In this document: positions 55,001 to 64,000 of the stretch, piece after piece
Numbering within the stretch: position 1 is the first letter of the stretch
Layout of the letters: every line of letters begins with the position of its first letter
Virus record (IMG/VR): IMGVR_UViG_3300046786_000293
Location: 96,001-160,000 of that record
DNA: 64,000 nucleotides
Strand: one strand, 5' to 3'
DNA from: a virus
Taxonomy: Duplodnaviria > Caudoviricetes
Translations under genes and position numbers: made by a program
Notes under the pieces: model-generated
Databases searched by the model: none
What the model was told of the DNA's origin: nothing
What the model saw: the letters and a program-made list of their open reading frames with translations, nothing else

Positions 55001-55316
55001 GATTACTTACACCTAATAGACTGTACGCAGTCATTAATCCGTATTCATTACGTTCGTCACCGTTGATAGGTGCTCCCGAACTTGTTGTATAGAATGTTGG
55101 TGTTCCGAATGTTGTTACCAAGTCACGCTGGCTAGTAATTGTATAAATTTTGCCAGCATTTTCCGCTAATGTTCCTGCGGCAATTGCGGTGCCGCCTGGA
55201 GCAGTTTTGTCCTGTGCTGTCGCTAAAAGAATATAACCGACTGAACCAATAGCATTGGGTGCGTAGTTACTTTCGTCAGTAACTGTAATTTGTACGCCTG
55301 GAGAAACTAGTGCCAT
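52038..55316 (-). CDS. gp18: Tail sheath protein (gp18-like, with long insertions)
   Basis: MALVSPGV start; W.APAG..RG, NPI, RINVARL, F.FEPND, IQPTKAVEFI. Confidence 0.95.
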   Translation of the reverse strand: MALVSPGVQITVTDESNYAPNAIGSVGYILLATAQDKTAPGGTAIAAGTLAENAGKIYTITSQRDLVTTFGTPTFYTTSSGAPINGDERNEYGLMTAYSLLGVSNQVYIQRADVDLSQLEGTTTRPLANPSSGSFWLNTTDTDWGVYVWNATTQEFGLQSVRVITSTDELAVDEFTPSTDIGTIGDFAVNTVDPTNPIFQKRYDNTWHLVGTIGWQDGVGVVTGSAVNPEITANSSIYINTDTVSFYLGDDATAISAAINNANVVGVSSSVVNGQIVVYGNEDAMSDGSTPDGIVRLTNNSGTPLATIGITAGYYACGAVQIAPYYSVPDWQTDSAIPRPTGSVWQKASTLGSGLNVSVSTFNGVTQLWDTANVYDYDTVFAATYGLDPTGGGLNVSAGSIFAQYNVFGNTTVGTQLWYRIGTGATVGTGATTSPAAPSSGNEFTVQTRPSAISANTSTYTVSIVTGTVTGFVQAVLAANIPSVSASVTSSGAVSLTHALGGDMIVTDTVGSPLANVGFTTSGTNVYADPTSGSDSLIISNWEPLAVETYTVSATQPYVAPANDTYWYYNTPSRADIMISNGSAWVGYRTLGSDIRGYNLTLTNTAGPIISTAEPTEQDDGTDLEFGDLWLDTSDLENYPKLYRWQSLDGVSQWVLIDNTDATGQNGIIFGDARWSTTGNVNPVTGAIPSIASLALSNYVDLDAPDAALYPRGMLLFNTRASGYNVKQYKTSYFTSAAYPNETLPGRADTWVSVSGYQSTGVPNFGRKAPRGVIVAALKATIDSSTSLREDQNNFNLIACPSYPELIPNMIALNDERKNTAFIVGDTPMRLPATGTAIQGWANNNENATETGEVGLSTSTVSPYVGLYYPSGQTNDLAGNSIVVPPSYMALRTIMRSDNVSYQWLAPAGTRRGIVDNVSAIGYINSTSGEFVSIGVTQGLRDTLYNNKINPITKLPGTGITVFGQKTLATDNTSLDRINVARLINYIRKNLDVAVRPFLFEPNDPITRAQVIAVSNSLLNDLVAKRGITDYLVVCDTTNNTPFTISRNELFVDIAIQPTKAVEFIYIPIRIKNAGEIQSGNLASANATGTGA

Positions 55317-55405
55317 GTTTCACTTCCTCTTAATTGTTCAAATATTTATCGGAAGATGTAAAATATAGCCTGTTTGCAGTACCTTTCGAAAGACTAAGTA
55401 TTTTT

Positions 55406-55753
55406 ATGAGACCTATCTGCCCATTGTGTAATCAAAATTTAGTTGCTATAAACTATACTAGTAACGAAAAAACTCGATATAGAAAAATTTGCAATAGTTG
55501 TAGCCGCAAAGGAAAGAAAATAAAACCCCCTGTACCTGCTTGGTTTAGAGCAGGTTATAGGAAAAAATTAACTTGCGAAAAATGTGGATACAGGGCAAAA
55601 TACCCCGAGAAGCAAATGACTGTTTACCATGTAGATGGTAACTTAAAGAATGTTAACTTGCTTAATTTAAAAACTGTATGCCTTAATTGTAGAGTCGAAG
55701 TTTCTCAGAGTAGACTTCCCTGGCGGGAAAGTCCTATTATACCAGACTTTTAA
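55406..55753 (+). CDS. HNH-like Zn-binding protein
   Basis: CPLC, C..C, CEKC, HVDGN..N...C.NC; start MRPIC at 55406. Confidence 0.7.
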   Translation: MRPICPLCNQNLVAINYTSNEKTRYRKICNSCSRKGKKIKPPVPAWFRAGYRKKLTCEKCGYRAKYPEKQMTVYHVDGNLKNVNLLNLKTVCLNCRVEVSQSRLPWRESPIIPDF

Positions 55754-56345
55754 GTTGATCGTATAAGTGCTCAATTGACCCATTATTGTCAATCATATGA
55801 TCAAATTTAGTTCCTGCCCATGAATATTCACTGGCATGAATTCTTTCAGCTTCTAACCACGCTCTTGCTTTAATATCGCCTTTATTTGCCTTGGCAGCAA
55901 TGTCATACCAATGAGGAGTTATACCACGTTGAATCCAAATAATTATCCCCCCTTGATTTTTAATAGATTGTATTTCGTTGTAAAATCTACAATCACTGAC
56001 TACAATATTGTCTTTGCTAGTACGTAGTTTATTTTCTAAACTAGCAATCCATATATCGTCGTGAAATGCCCTGCGACAAACCTCAGTTCCCCATTGTTGC
56101 AGCACATATCTGGGAGTTATTTCTTTCCCTAATCTACTAGACCACCAATCATCTCGCTTTTCTCGCCAATCCCTACTTTCTTTAGTACGCCCTTCAAGGA
56201 GTTCTCTGTCCCAACCAAAAACCGCAGATACAGCATCCTTTAAGGGCGCGGCAAAACTATCTCGTTTAAATTGATGAAAATTAACTAGGTAATCTGCGGC
56301 TGTGTCTTTGCCGCACCCTATAAATCCGCAAATACCAATAATCAT
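55737..56345 (-). CDS. Deoxynucleoside monophosphate kinase (T4 gp1-like)
   Basis: GFIGCGKDT, FAAPLK, PR..LQ..GTE, DCRF.NE, H.SE. Confidence 0.9.
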   Translation of the reverse strand: MIIGICGFIGCGKDTAADYLVNFHQFKRDSFAAPLKDAVSAVFGWDRELLEGRTKESRDWREKRDDWWSSRLGKEITPRYVLQQWGTEVCRRAFHDDIWIASLENKLRTSKDNIVVSDCRFYNEIQSIKNQGGIIIWIQRGITPHWYDIAAKANKGDIKARAWLEAERIHASEYSWAGTKFDHMIDNNGSIEHLYDQLKSLV

Positions 56346-56369
56346 AAAAAAGGACTCCTAAGAGTCCTT
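56346..56369 (-). terminator. Intrinsic terminator
   Basis: AAGGACTC-CTAA-GAGTCCTT plus T-run. Confidence 0.7.
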
Positions 56370-56377
56370 ATTGTATA

Positions 56378-57565
56378 TTATCCTATGACCCATGTCAACG
56401 GTTGTGATCCATCAACATACCGTCTTAGATCATCTTCGAGCTTTTCCATTTCAGCATTAGCTTCTTGTAATAATGCTGAGCCGTTTAGTTGAGTGCCGCC
56501 CTGCGGGCCAGCAATAGTAGCAAATTTGCTACGTGCCTGTCCCAACATCGATTTCGCAAAAGCCAAAGAATATTCTTGTAACCATGGATAAACCATTGGA
56601 TCACTTAATAGCATACTGTCTGGTTTGTAGTTGTAGCACCATAATAGCACACTTTCAAGTTGGTCCTCTGTTCCGTCGTCGCCATAAAATGGTTGGGGAA
56701 TCCAGAATGTTGTTTTTTGAACATCATTAGCTGACACAGATGCAGATCCCAATGTTTGGTTAGATAATACTGTTATTACTGTCTGTGTAGAATTGACCGA
56801 CAATATTCGATATTGTGAACTGTATCCCCTAACCGGACAATTTTGTATGTAAATGCTATCATTTACTTTTAAGTTACTTTGCTGACTAGTTGTAGACGTT
56901 GGCAGTGTTATTGTAATAATACTGTTGGGCACCGTGTTTGCCGCACTAATTGCACTAGGTGTAATATTTGTGCCTCCATCATATGGGATTTTTCTGACTA
57001 GTGTTAGTTTTTTAGTTACACGATTCCATGTGTAATTAATATAGCCACCAAACATAGTCATTGCTAGTTCTTGGTATTGTGTAAAGAGTTCGTAGTTAGT
57101 TAGTCCGCCAACACGGCCGGCCACTAACATGTAAGTGTTTAGATAGCCAGATGAAAACGGTTCAAATTGGCTAGCGGTAGTTCCCGATGTGCTACCAATA
57201 CCCCTACGAAAGATTTGTCTAACTTCCATAATTGTATTTGGAAGTATATATTCTTGGACATTAGGTTCAAGATCTAAGAACACATAACTTTCTTCTACAG
57301 CATTTTGTGCTCGTTGGCGATATTTTGTAAGTGCTTGTTTAATAGACAAATCGTAATGTTCTTTGTCTAATTCAACATCAACCATTTGATCACCTAATCG
57401 CAACCTGATATAATCAATCATATCGTTGCGTAGCTGATTAAGCGTTTGAATTTGCTCGTTAGCGGCTATTGCGCTTTCTTGGCTAATAAAGCCGGGGCCG
57501 CCCAAATTTTTAGTTCTTACACTAAAATCATTTCTTAAATCGGGTTGAATAACTACATCAGTCAT
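56378..57565 (-). CDS. Neck protein (T4 gp13-like) with a beta-rich insertion
   Basis: LRLG..VDVEL, WL..Y..A..K..G..R.KF..I.GP.GG..LNG. Confidence 0.8.
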   Translation of the reverse strand: MTDVVIQPDLRNDFSVRTKNLGGPGFISQESAIAANEQIQTLNQLRNDMIDYIRLRLGDQMVDVELDKEHYDLSIKQALTKYRQRAQNAVEESYVFLDLEPNVQEYILPNTIMEVRQIFRRGIGSTSGTTASQFEPFSSGYLNTYMLVAGRVGGLTNYELFTQYQELAMTMFGGYINYTWNRVTKKLTLVRKIPYDGGTNITPSAISAANTVPNSIITITLPTSTTSQQSNLKVNDSIYIQNCPVRGYSSQYRILSVNSTQTVITVLSNQTLGSASVSANDVQKTTFWIPQPFYGDDGTEDQLESVLLWCYNYKPDSMLLSDPMVYPWLQEYSLAFAKSMLGQARSKFATIAGPQGGTQLNGSALLQEANAEMEKLEDDLRRYVDGSQPLTWVIG

Positions 57566-57609
57566 AAGAATAGTCCTGTTAGCAGTATTTAGCCAACAGG
57601 ACTATTCGT

Positions 57610-58767
57610 TCAGGCTACTTTTAATAGTAGGATATCTGTACTGATACGGCCGTTCAGTTTTGTCTCCACTGCCTTAATGTCTTTGATGAATGTGCGAAGA
57701 GCCACCTTACCTGCCTTAGCAAATTCTTTAAGTTGCTCGTCTGGCTTGCGTAGGGTTTTCGCGACACTTTTATCGACATCAAATCCTGTGATAGTCGTTC
57801 CTTTGATTCCAAGTGTTTGATAACTTGCCGCGACATATTTGCCCAACTTACGAGTCTTGAAGTTGTAAATCCAAAGTTCACCGGCCCCGACAATATCAAC
57901 AGGATTAATTGACACCACTTTAAGAGATTTATCGTCCTTTGCATACTTGAGTTTAGCCACCAACTTTTCTTTGCTTGGCGCCTTTTTAACTCTTGCCTTT
58001 TTTGTAGCCTTTTTAACCCCGCGGTACTGGTCCACGGCCGCGAGTAGATCGTTAATCCAGGCGATCCGCTTTTTAAAATCTGCGGCTTTGTAATGACTGT
58101 AACCTTCTTTGAGTTGGGGATCTGCTTTGCTTTGGGCAAGTTCAAGCTCTGCTTGACGTTTTTTGTAGAGTTCTTCATATTTGCTCAGTTGGCTTTGAAT
58201 AACATTATTGTTAGTAAGCCAATCGTAAAACTTCACACTTGTAGTGTCGATATCATCGTACAGCCCCTCCAGTTCACCAATTAGTTCACTGGTTTTCTCG
58301 TTCATACGGTCTTGGATTGTGGGACGATTTGCAACTTGTGTGGGGGTTGCTACAGTCTCTACAACTTCGGGGTCTGCTGTTTTAAGTGCTTGCAAAATTG
58401 CTTGATCCAGAAATTCTATATGTCGAGAACGCAGAGGCATTCCCTTGCGATGTGCCATAACAAGGCTACACGCTGTCATCGGCAGAGCACGGTCACTGGC
58501 ACGAATAAAGGCTTTGATTTCTTCTTTTGTGAATTCTGTTGTGCTTTGCATCCATTCTACCACATACTTTTTACAATCTTTTTGATTATAATGATAGTTG
58601 TAGTAGTTAAAACTTTGACGAAGTTTATGGTCAAACTTGTCCTCGGGCCAATCTTTGGCATCTTCGGGCCAAATGGGTTCGCTACCAGTGTACTTCTCAT
58701 CAGCAAACGCTACACGAGCGGCCCGCGGTTGTTTAGTTTTAATTTTAATTCCAGCAACTGTTGCCAT
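57610..58767 (-). CDS. Conserved phage hypothetical protein
   Basis: 385 aa; C-terminal KTLRKP..L..F motif. Confidence 0.7.
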   Translation of the reverse strand: MATVAGIKIKTKQPRAARVAFADEKYTGSEPIWPEDAKDWPEDKFDHKLRQSFNYYNYHYNQKDCKKYVVEWMQSTTEFTKEEIKAFIRASDRALPMTACSLVMAHRKGMPLRSRHIEFLDQAILQALKTADPEVVETVATPTQVANRPTIQDRMNEKTSELIGELEGLYDDIDTTSVKFYDWLTNNNVIQSQLSKYEELYKKRQAELELAQSKADPQLKEGYSHYKAADFKKRIAWINDLLAAVDQYRGVKKATKKARVKKAPSKEKLVAKLKYAKDDKSLKVVSINPVDIVGAGELWIYNFKTRKLGKYVAASYQTLGIKGTTITGFDVDKSVAKTLRKPDEQLKEFAKAGKVALRTFIKDIKAVETKLNGRISTDILLLKVA

Positions 58768-58768
58768 A

Positions 58769-59008
58769 TTAACCTTTCTGATTCAAGAAGAAATAAGTGA
58801 GATCGGGTCCTTCAACTTTTACAAGTTGGTCGCCAGTCTGGAGCAAAGTACACCAGTCGTTTTCACCCCAACGAATTCTAGGTTTCCCTGTAGCGGTGAA
58901 CTTTTCGATTTTGGCTAGGTGCAATTGTCGGTAACCTTGTTTCATATATATGACAAAGTCGCCGACATCGAGAATTCTCCCCAAATAGTCTTTGGCTACT
59001 GTGCTCAC
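58769..59008 (-). CDS. Hypothetical protein
   Basis: 79-aa ORF; KD.LGR...GD.V motif. Confidence 0.6.
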   Translation of the reverse strand: MSTVAKDYLGRILDVGDFVIYMKQGYRQLHLAKIEKFTATGKPRIRWGENDWCTLLQTGDQLVKVEGPDLTYFFLNQKG

Positions 59009-59241
59009 AGAGTTCGCTCCTTTTTAACACGGCCAATCCGTGATGCTTTGTTCCAATCGTAGACTACCCCGTCTGGACACTTGCCGTCCCGAACGCTGTC
59101 TACACCAAAAATACCGCAGGCTTCAAAATTGGGACCTTTAATTGTAACAAAGAATCCCACTGCCTTTGCGGCTTGCATAGCGGAATCTAGGGTCGAGAAC
59201 CCATCCAATACATCGCCACGCTTGTTGATTAATTTAAACAT
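59005..59241 (-). CDS. Hypothetical protein
   Basis: Start MFKLIN just after a promoter. Confidence 0.6.
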   Translation of the reverse strand: MFKLINKRGDVLDGFSTLDSAMQAAKAVGFFVTIKGPNFEACGIFGVDSVRDGKCPDGVVYDWNKASRIGRVKKERTL

Positions 59242-59247
59242 ACAGTA

Positions 59248-59276
59248 ATTATAGCACAAATCCCATTTTGGGTCAA
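59248..59276 (-). promoter_or_regulatory. Sigma70-like promoter TTGACC-N17-TATAAT
   Basis: Motif. Confidence 0.7.
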
Positions 59277-59524
59277 CTGTACAATAAACGGGCATAGGTT
59301 ACCCAATGCTCAAAATTGTGCATTGCTTCGTTTAATTGGGCTTCCAATTCTGTATACTTTGGTGTTACACGCTGATAGCGCCTACACGTAACCATTTCCT
59401 TGTCCATTTCTGTGCGAATGTTTACACAATTTTTCCAAAGTTTGAACAGTTGGCTACGGGCCCGCATATCGTCGGTGCCTTGAACCTGTTTGAAAAAGTC
59501 CTGTAGGATAGCATCATAGTCCAT
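59273..59524 (-). CDS. Hypothetical protein
   Basis: Likely start MDYDAIL at 59524. Confidence 0.55.
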   Translation of the reverse strand: MDYDAILQDFFKQVQGTDDMRARSQLFKLWKNCVNIRTEMDKEMVTCRRYQRVTPKYTELEAQLNEAMHNFEHWVTYARLLYS

Positions 59525-59595
59525 ACTTGCAATTATACATCGTTTTGGATTTAGTGTCAACTCTGCCATAAATATAGTATAAAACGGACTACGGT

Positions 59596-60969
59596 ATGCC
59601 AAGACTTAGTATGTGGCGTGAAAACCACACCAACGATTATAAATTTATGGACAGACGCATCAGTGAAGAATTTACTGTAGGCGGCACTGGGGTATTATTA
59701 CACAAATATTTAGGTACTATTAATCAAGCTAATACTTACCCCACCTCAGCTAATGTTACTGCAAATACTTCTGTTATCAGTTTTGCCAATGTAGCATTAT
59801 TCGAGCCTGGTCAAAATATTTCAGGTGCCGGTATACAAGCAAATACAGTAATTTTTACAACTAACACCACTGTTAATACCATAACAATCAGCAAGCCTGT
59901 TACAGAAACTATTTCTACAGGCACAGCTATAAATGTCTACTGGCGCGATCCAACTCAACCAATTTACAACAACCAAAGTGCCACAAATATTCAAGACTTA
60001 TTGTGGCTAGAAAACAGAGATAGAAAATACGACAAAGACGTTTATAAAATGCGCGGCATTTATACTGTAAACGATAACGATTTTGACCTACAACAATTTG
60101 GTATCTTTCTAAGTGCAGACACAGTCTATATGACATTTCATTTAAATGACACAGTTCGCATGATTGGTCGCAAGCTAATGAGTGGCGACGTACTAGAGCT
60201 ACAACATAAAAAAGATTACTACCCACTGGATGAAGCTATCCCCATTAGTTTGAAACGTTATTATGTGATACAAGATGTTACTTTTGCGTCTGAGGGTTTT
60301 AGTCAAACATGGTGGCCACATTTAATTAGAATTAAAATGTCACCTCTTGTAGATAGTCAAGAATATAAAGATATTTTAAATCAAATAACAGTAGGCGACA
60401 ACGATACCCCAATAGGACAAATTATCAGTAACTACAATAAACTCAATGAAATCAATGATGCTATCATTATGCAAGCAGAGAATCTAGTTCCAAAAAGTGG
60501 AACAGATATCGATAATTTATACGTCGAACCACTATTACCCGATGGCTCACCTGGGGACCCTACGGGACAAACTGTCGATTTGACCACTTTAAGAGTTAAT
60601 AGCACATTTGATTTTGCAAGCACACAGGCTACTACCCCCGATACAAATATACCAGCATATTTAGGAGGCGACGGTAATGCTCCGAATGGCTGGCCAGTTG
60701 TAGCAGGAACTAGTTTTCCCGCTAATCCGAATATAGGTGACTATGCATTAAGGCTAGATTATATTCCTAATAGGTTATTCAGATGGAATGGTGCTCGTTG
60801 GATTAAGATTGAAGATAATGTAAGAACAGATCTTACTCCAGGACCAAATAACCAGACACAACGTAGTATCTTTGTTAATAATACAGACACGTTTGTTAAT
60901 AACGAAGGTCAGACTGTAGCAGTTCGTCAAAGCCTAAGTAAGGCGTTAACGCCTCGAGCCGATAATTAA
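59596..60969 (+). CDS. Neck/head-closure protein (T4 gp14-like)
   Basis: ENRDRKY, FGIFL, GDVLEL, W.PHL..K motifs. Confidence 0.7.
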   Translation: MPRLSMWRENHTNDYKFMDRRISEEFTVGGTGVLLHKYLGTINQANTYPTSANVTANTSVISFANVALFEPGQNISGAGIQANTVIFTTNTTVNTITISKPVTETISTGTAINVYWRDPTQPIYNNQSATNIQDLLWLENRDRKYDKDVYKMRGIYTVNDNDFDLQQFGIFLSADTVYMTFHLNDTVRMIGRKLMSGDVLELQHKKDYYPLDEAIPISLKRYYVIQDVTFASEGFSQTWWPHLIRIKMSPLVDSQEYKDILNQITVGDNDTPIGQIISNYNKLNEINDAIIMQAENLVPKSGTDIDNLYVEPLLPDGSPGDPTGQTVDLTTLRVNSTFDFASTQATTPDTNIPAYLGGDGNAPNGWPVVAGTSFPANPNIGDYALRLDYIPNRLFRWNGARWIKIEDNVRTDLTPGPNNQTQRSIFVNNTDTFVNNEGQTVAVRQSLSKALTPRADN

Positions 60970-60991
60970 TTATGATTAAGGAAAATATATA

Positions 60992-62803
60992 ATGGCATTA
61001 CAGGCCTTCTTTTATGATCAACAAATACGCAGATACATCATACAATTTATTCGTATGCTGTCTAATTTCCAAGTTGAATTTGGCAAGGATAGAAATCAAG
61101 TAACCGCCTATCAGCGTGTTCCTGTAATTTACGGCGATAGTAGTAGACAAGCACAATCAATCATAAAGCAAGGTAGCGAAAACTATCTAAATAGCGTACC
61201 TGTTATGGCTGTTTATATTTCTGGTCTAGACTACGACAGACTTCGTTTGCAGAACCCAACATACGTTGGCAAAATGAATTTGCGTGAACGTTACTTTGAT
61301 CCAAATACTGGTGAATACAGCACTACCCAAGGCGATGTTTTAACAGTAGAACGTCTAATGCCTGTACCTTATAAACTTACGCTGAAAGTTGATATTTGGA
61401 CTAGCAATACTGAACAAAAACTGCAATTGATTGAACAGCTAGCAATTTTGTTCAATCCAGCATTAGAAATTCAAAGTACAGACAATTATGTTGATTGGAC
61501 TAGTTTAACTTATGTTTTATTAACTAATACAAACTATAGTTCAAGGAGTATTCCGATTGGTACAGAAAATCCTATTGATGTTGCCACTTTAACTTTTGAA
61601 CTTCCGATTTTTATTAGTGCCCCTGCACTAGTTAAGAAATTAGGTGTAATTCAAAAAATTATTGCATCAATATATGATGCAAATGGTGATATAGACAATG
61701 CCATTTATAACGACGCAAATATATTAAGTCGTCAATACATAACTCCGTTGGACTATGGTGTTGTATTATTCGGCAACGAACTCAGATTAGTTCGTTATAA
61801 CAATCCTGTGATACCAGCATTCGGTGAACAAATTATCAAACAAATAGCAAGTAATGTTTCTGCTAATACAACAATCACTGTCGATAATACTACAGATATA
61901 GAACCTGGGATGATTGTTTCTGGATTAACTATAAGAGGTCCAGGTACCATTACCACAAATACAAATACGAATGTAGTAGAAGGAACAGACACTCACTTTT
62001 TGACATCTATTACTCCTGGGCAAATAATTTATTCTTATGACGAGAATACACCAATTGGTACTGTAGCTACAGTAGAAGATGACGGACTATTGTTGTTAAC
62101 AACAACTGCACAAGGTAATTTAGTTGCTGATGGGTGGGAACAATATAAAACAGTAAACTCTGCAAACTGTGCAGTTATAAATGTTAATGGACAAGTGGTA
62201 ACCACAAGCAATCTTGTAACTGCAAATGTAGGCGATAGGATAGTATTTACAGGAACAACAGATCAAGTTGGATCGTATGAGCCATGGAGAAACTTTATTA
62301 ATATCTACGGCAACTTAGTAAACGGCACAAGTCAAGTAAGATTAGAACTAGCGGATGGTAACGAAATCGTAGGTACTGTTAGCTACAATCCGATAGATGA
62401 TACAACATTACTATACTCCCCTGACCCAGATACATTGCCAACTAATACAGTCCTTCCGGTTAATGCCATCATTGATCCGCAATCTAGTAGACCGAGCAAA
62501 GATTTACAAAATCTAGCAGTAGGCACCAGATACTTATTAGTTAATGATTATGTAACTCAACCAGGAGCAGTGCCCACATATAATTGGCAAGGGATTGACA
62601 ATACCCCATTAGTAGCGTATGCTAATGATATTATTCAATACAATGGTAGCCACTGGATAGTAGCATTTGATTCTCGTAATGAAACTAGTATTAATTATGT
62701 TACTAACATGACCACTAATACTCAATATCGTTGGAACGGTGTAGAGTGGGCTAAGAGTTACGAAGGCTACTACGAAAACGGAAAATGGCAATTAGTAATA
62801 TAA
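60992..62803 (+). CDS. Tail terminator/sheath stabiliser (T4 gp15-like) with a C-terminal extension
   Basis: FFYDQQIRR, VP.IYG, PVPY.L..DIW.SN..Q.LQL.EQ...LFNP. Confidence 0.75.
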   Translation: MALQAFFYDQQIRRYIIQFIRMLSNFQVEFGKDRNQVTAYQRVPVIYGDSSRQAQSIIKQGSENYLNSVPVMAVYISGLDYDRLRLQNPTYVGKMNLRERYFDPNTGEYSTTQGDVLTVERLMPVPYKLTLKVDIWTSNTEQKLQLIEQLAILFNPALEIQSTDNYVDWTSLTYVLLTNTNYSSRSIPIGTENPIDVATLTFELPIFISAPALVKKLGVIQKIIASIYDANGDIDNAIYNDANILSRQYITPLDYGVVLFGNELRLVRYNNPVIPAFGEQIIKQIASNVSANTTITVDNTTDIEPGMIVSGLTIRGPGTITTNTNTNVVEGTDTHFLTSITPGQIIYSYDENTPIGTVATVEDDGLLLLTTTAQGNLVADGWEQYKTVNSANCAVINVNGQVVTTSNLVTANVGDRIVFTGTTDQVGSYEPWRNFINIYGNLVNGTSQVRLELADGNEIVGTVSYNPIDDTTLLYSPDPDTLPTNTVLPVNAIIDPQSSRPSKDLQNLAVGTRYLLVNDYVTQPGAVPTYNWQGIDNTPLVAYANDIIQYNGSHWIVAFDSRNETSINYVTNMTTNTQYRWNGVEWAKSYEGYYENGKWQLVI

Positions 62804-63219
62804 AATCAAGTTGTGGAGCGTTAATTTATTGTACGACCACTCACCGATATTTGTTCTTATTAAGAAAAAATGGTCGGTACCCGGACACATGGGGATTAGT
62901 AGGTGGTAAAATCGAACAAGGGGAAACTAACTTTGAAGGTCTCGAAAGAGAAATCAAAGAAGAATTGGGCGGGGAAATTAAGGGCGCAAAAATTATTCCC
63001 ATTGAAACTTATACTAGCGACAATGGAAACTTTGTCTACCAAACTTATCTAATAAAAGTAGATGAAGAATTCGTACCAGTACTTAACGACGAGCACAAAG
63101 GGTATTGTTGGGTTGAGCTAGAAGACTATCCGAAACCGTTACATCCTGGCGTATATAGAACTATACGCTTTCAAGCAAATCAAAATAAGATAAAAGTCTT
63201 AGAAAAAATTAAAGATTAA
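62785..63219 (+). CDS. NUDIX hydrolase
   Basis: GG.IE.GE....L.REIKEELG Nudix box. Confidence 0.9.
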   Translation: MAISNIKSSCGALIYCTTTHRYLFLLRKNGRYPDTWGLVGGKIEQGETNFEGLEREIKEELGGEIKGAKIIPIETYTSDNGNFVYQTYLIKVDEEFVPVLNDEHKGYCWVELEDYPKPLHPGVYRTIRFQANQNKIKVLEKIKD

Positions 63220-63793
63220 AAACAAAACTTGTTCTTGGCTCTTTGCTGTTGTTTGGCGGAACTTCATGATATAACCATGCAGGCCAAATTAACAATGTAC
63301 CGGGTGTAGGAGTGTATTCTACCTTTTGCATACTATACCAGTTATTCGGATCTTTAACCATAAACATGTAGTCAAAGAAATCCTTAAACGGCTGATTAGG
63401 TGTAAAGATAATTTTACTAGATCCAGGTGGTGTTTTAAGATAATATATACCACTTAGTGTGCATTGGCTGTGCAAATGCCTAGGGTGATTACTGCCTTCT
63501 TTAAAGTTGTTAGCAAACAAATATGGTTTCCATGGCACATTAGTAGCATCATACCCTTGCAATTCTAAAAAATGTTTGCCGCGTTCTAAAACAAAATTTA
63601 TAAAAGGTTGGAATTCAGTATCTGTGGTTAAATTTCTTGTTCCGTATGTTGTTTCTCCGTTATAGTAAAAAGAAGAATTTACGTTTTTATCAGGCACATT
63701 AAAAATATTATCAAACAGCTTGGTCATTGGAGCAAGCCATTCGGGGTGTTCTTCTTTGCCTACAACAGAAGGAAACCAGTTATGTAATTCCAT
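63209..63793 (-). CDS. 2OG-Fe(II) oxygenase (TIGR02466-like)
   Basis: HLH...SGIYY, WPAWLYHEV..N..R.S..FN. Confidence 0.8.
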   Translation of the reverse strand: MELHNWFPSVVGKEEHPEWLAPMTKLFDNIFNVPDKNVNSSFYYNGETTYGTRNLTTDTEFQPFINFVLERGKHFLELQGYDATNVPWKPYLFANNFKEGSNHPRHLHSQCTLSGIYYLKTPPGSSKIIFTPNQPFKDFFDYMFMVKDPNNWYSMQKVEYTPTPGTLLIWPAWLYHEVPPNNSKEPRTSFVFNL

Positions 63794-64000
63794 TAGTTTT
63801 GATTAAAAAATAATTGTACGCTTAGGCGTGGTGTTTCAGCTAGCTGAGTAACCATAGTTGTTCCGTGATAGATAGGTGGCCTAAACCATGTCATAGTGTT
63901 AGGCATCGGATAGATCCAACGCTGTCCCATGTCGGGGTCATCGGCTAAAAACATCCCACCCCAATTCCAATTCCAAGATTCGTTAATATAAATTGTGCTA
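63793..64000 (-). CDS. Partial 2OG-Fe(II) oxygenase (C-terminus)
   Basis: IYINESW..WGG.F...H.T..R.S.Q.F translated by hand. Confidence 0.7.
   Translation of the reverse strand, partial: STIYINESWNWNWGGMFLADDPDMGQRWIYPMPNTMTWFRPPIYHGTTMVTQLAETPRLSVQLFFNQN

Overview
A 64-kb segment of a large T4-like (myovirus-type) tailed phage genome, read with genetic code 11. Nearly all genes lie on the minus strand. From left to right it holds: (i) a UvsW helicase, an AAA+ ATPase and small early genes; (ii) a sugar-nucleotide/NAD module (RfbH/DdhC-type dehydrase, epimerase, NadE); (iii) a Ro60/TROVE-like vWA protein, an Rnl1-type RNA ligase, kinase, phosphoesterase and GGQ release-factor-like gene, interleaved with a ~15-kb array of 39 tRNAs covering all 20 amino acids, plus an RNA polymerase omega subunit; (iv) UvsY, RecA/UvsX, gp32 SSB and radical SAM genes; (v) terminase, head-associated proteins, tail tube, sheath, neck, dNMP kinase, NUDIX and 2OG-Fe(II) oxygenases. 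The most striking unexplained signal is non-coding. One RNA family (AGGAU..CAGCAA...AUCCUGUU closing stem) has six linear copies: three in the leader of the Ro60-like gene and three between tRNAs, one of which wraps a circularly permuted tRNA. A seventh element is the opposite permutation, a CCA-ending tRNA with the same motif inserted. There are also a 155-nt tmRNA-like RNA with a G3.U70 pair and a tag-like ORF, a second cassette-like RNA family (AAACAC/GUGUUU closing stems), several other large structured RNAs and a leader-peptide attenuator. All family assignments come from motif recognition by eye; no database searches or folding programs were run.
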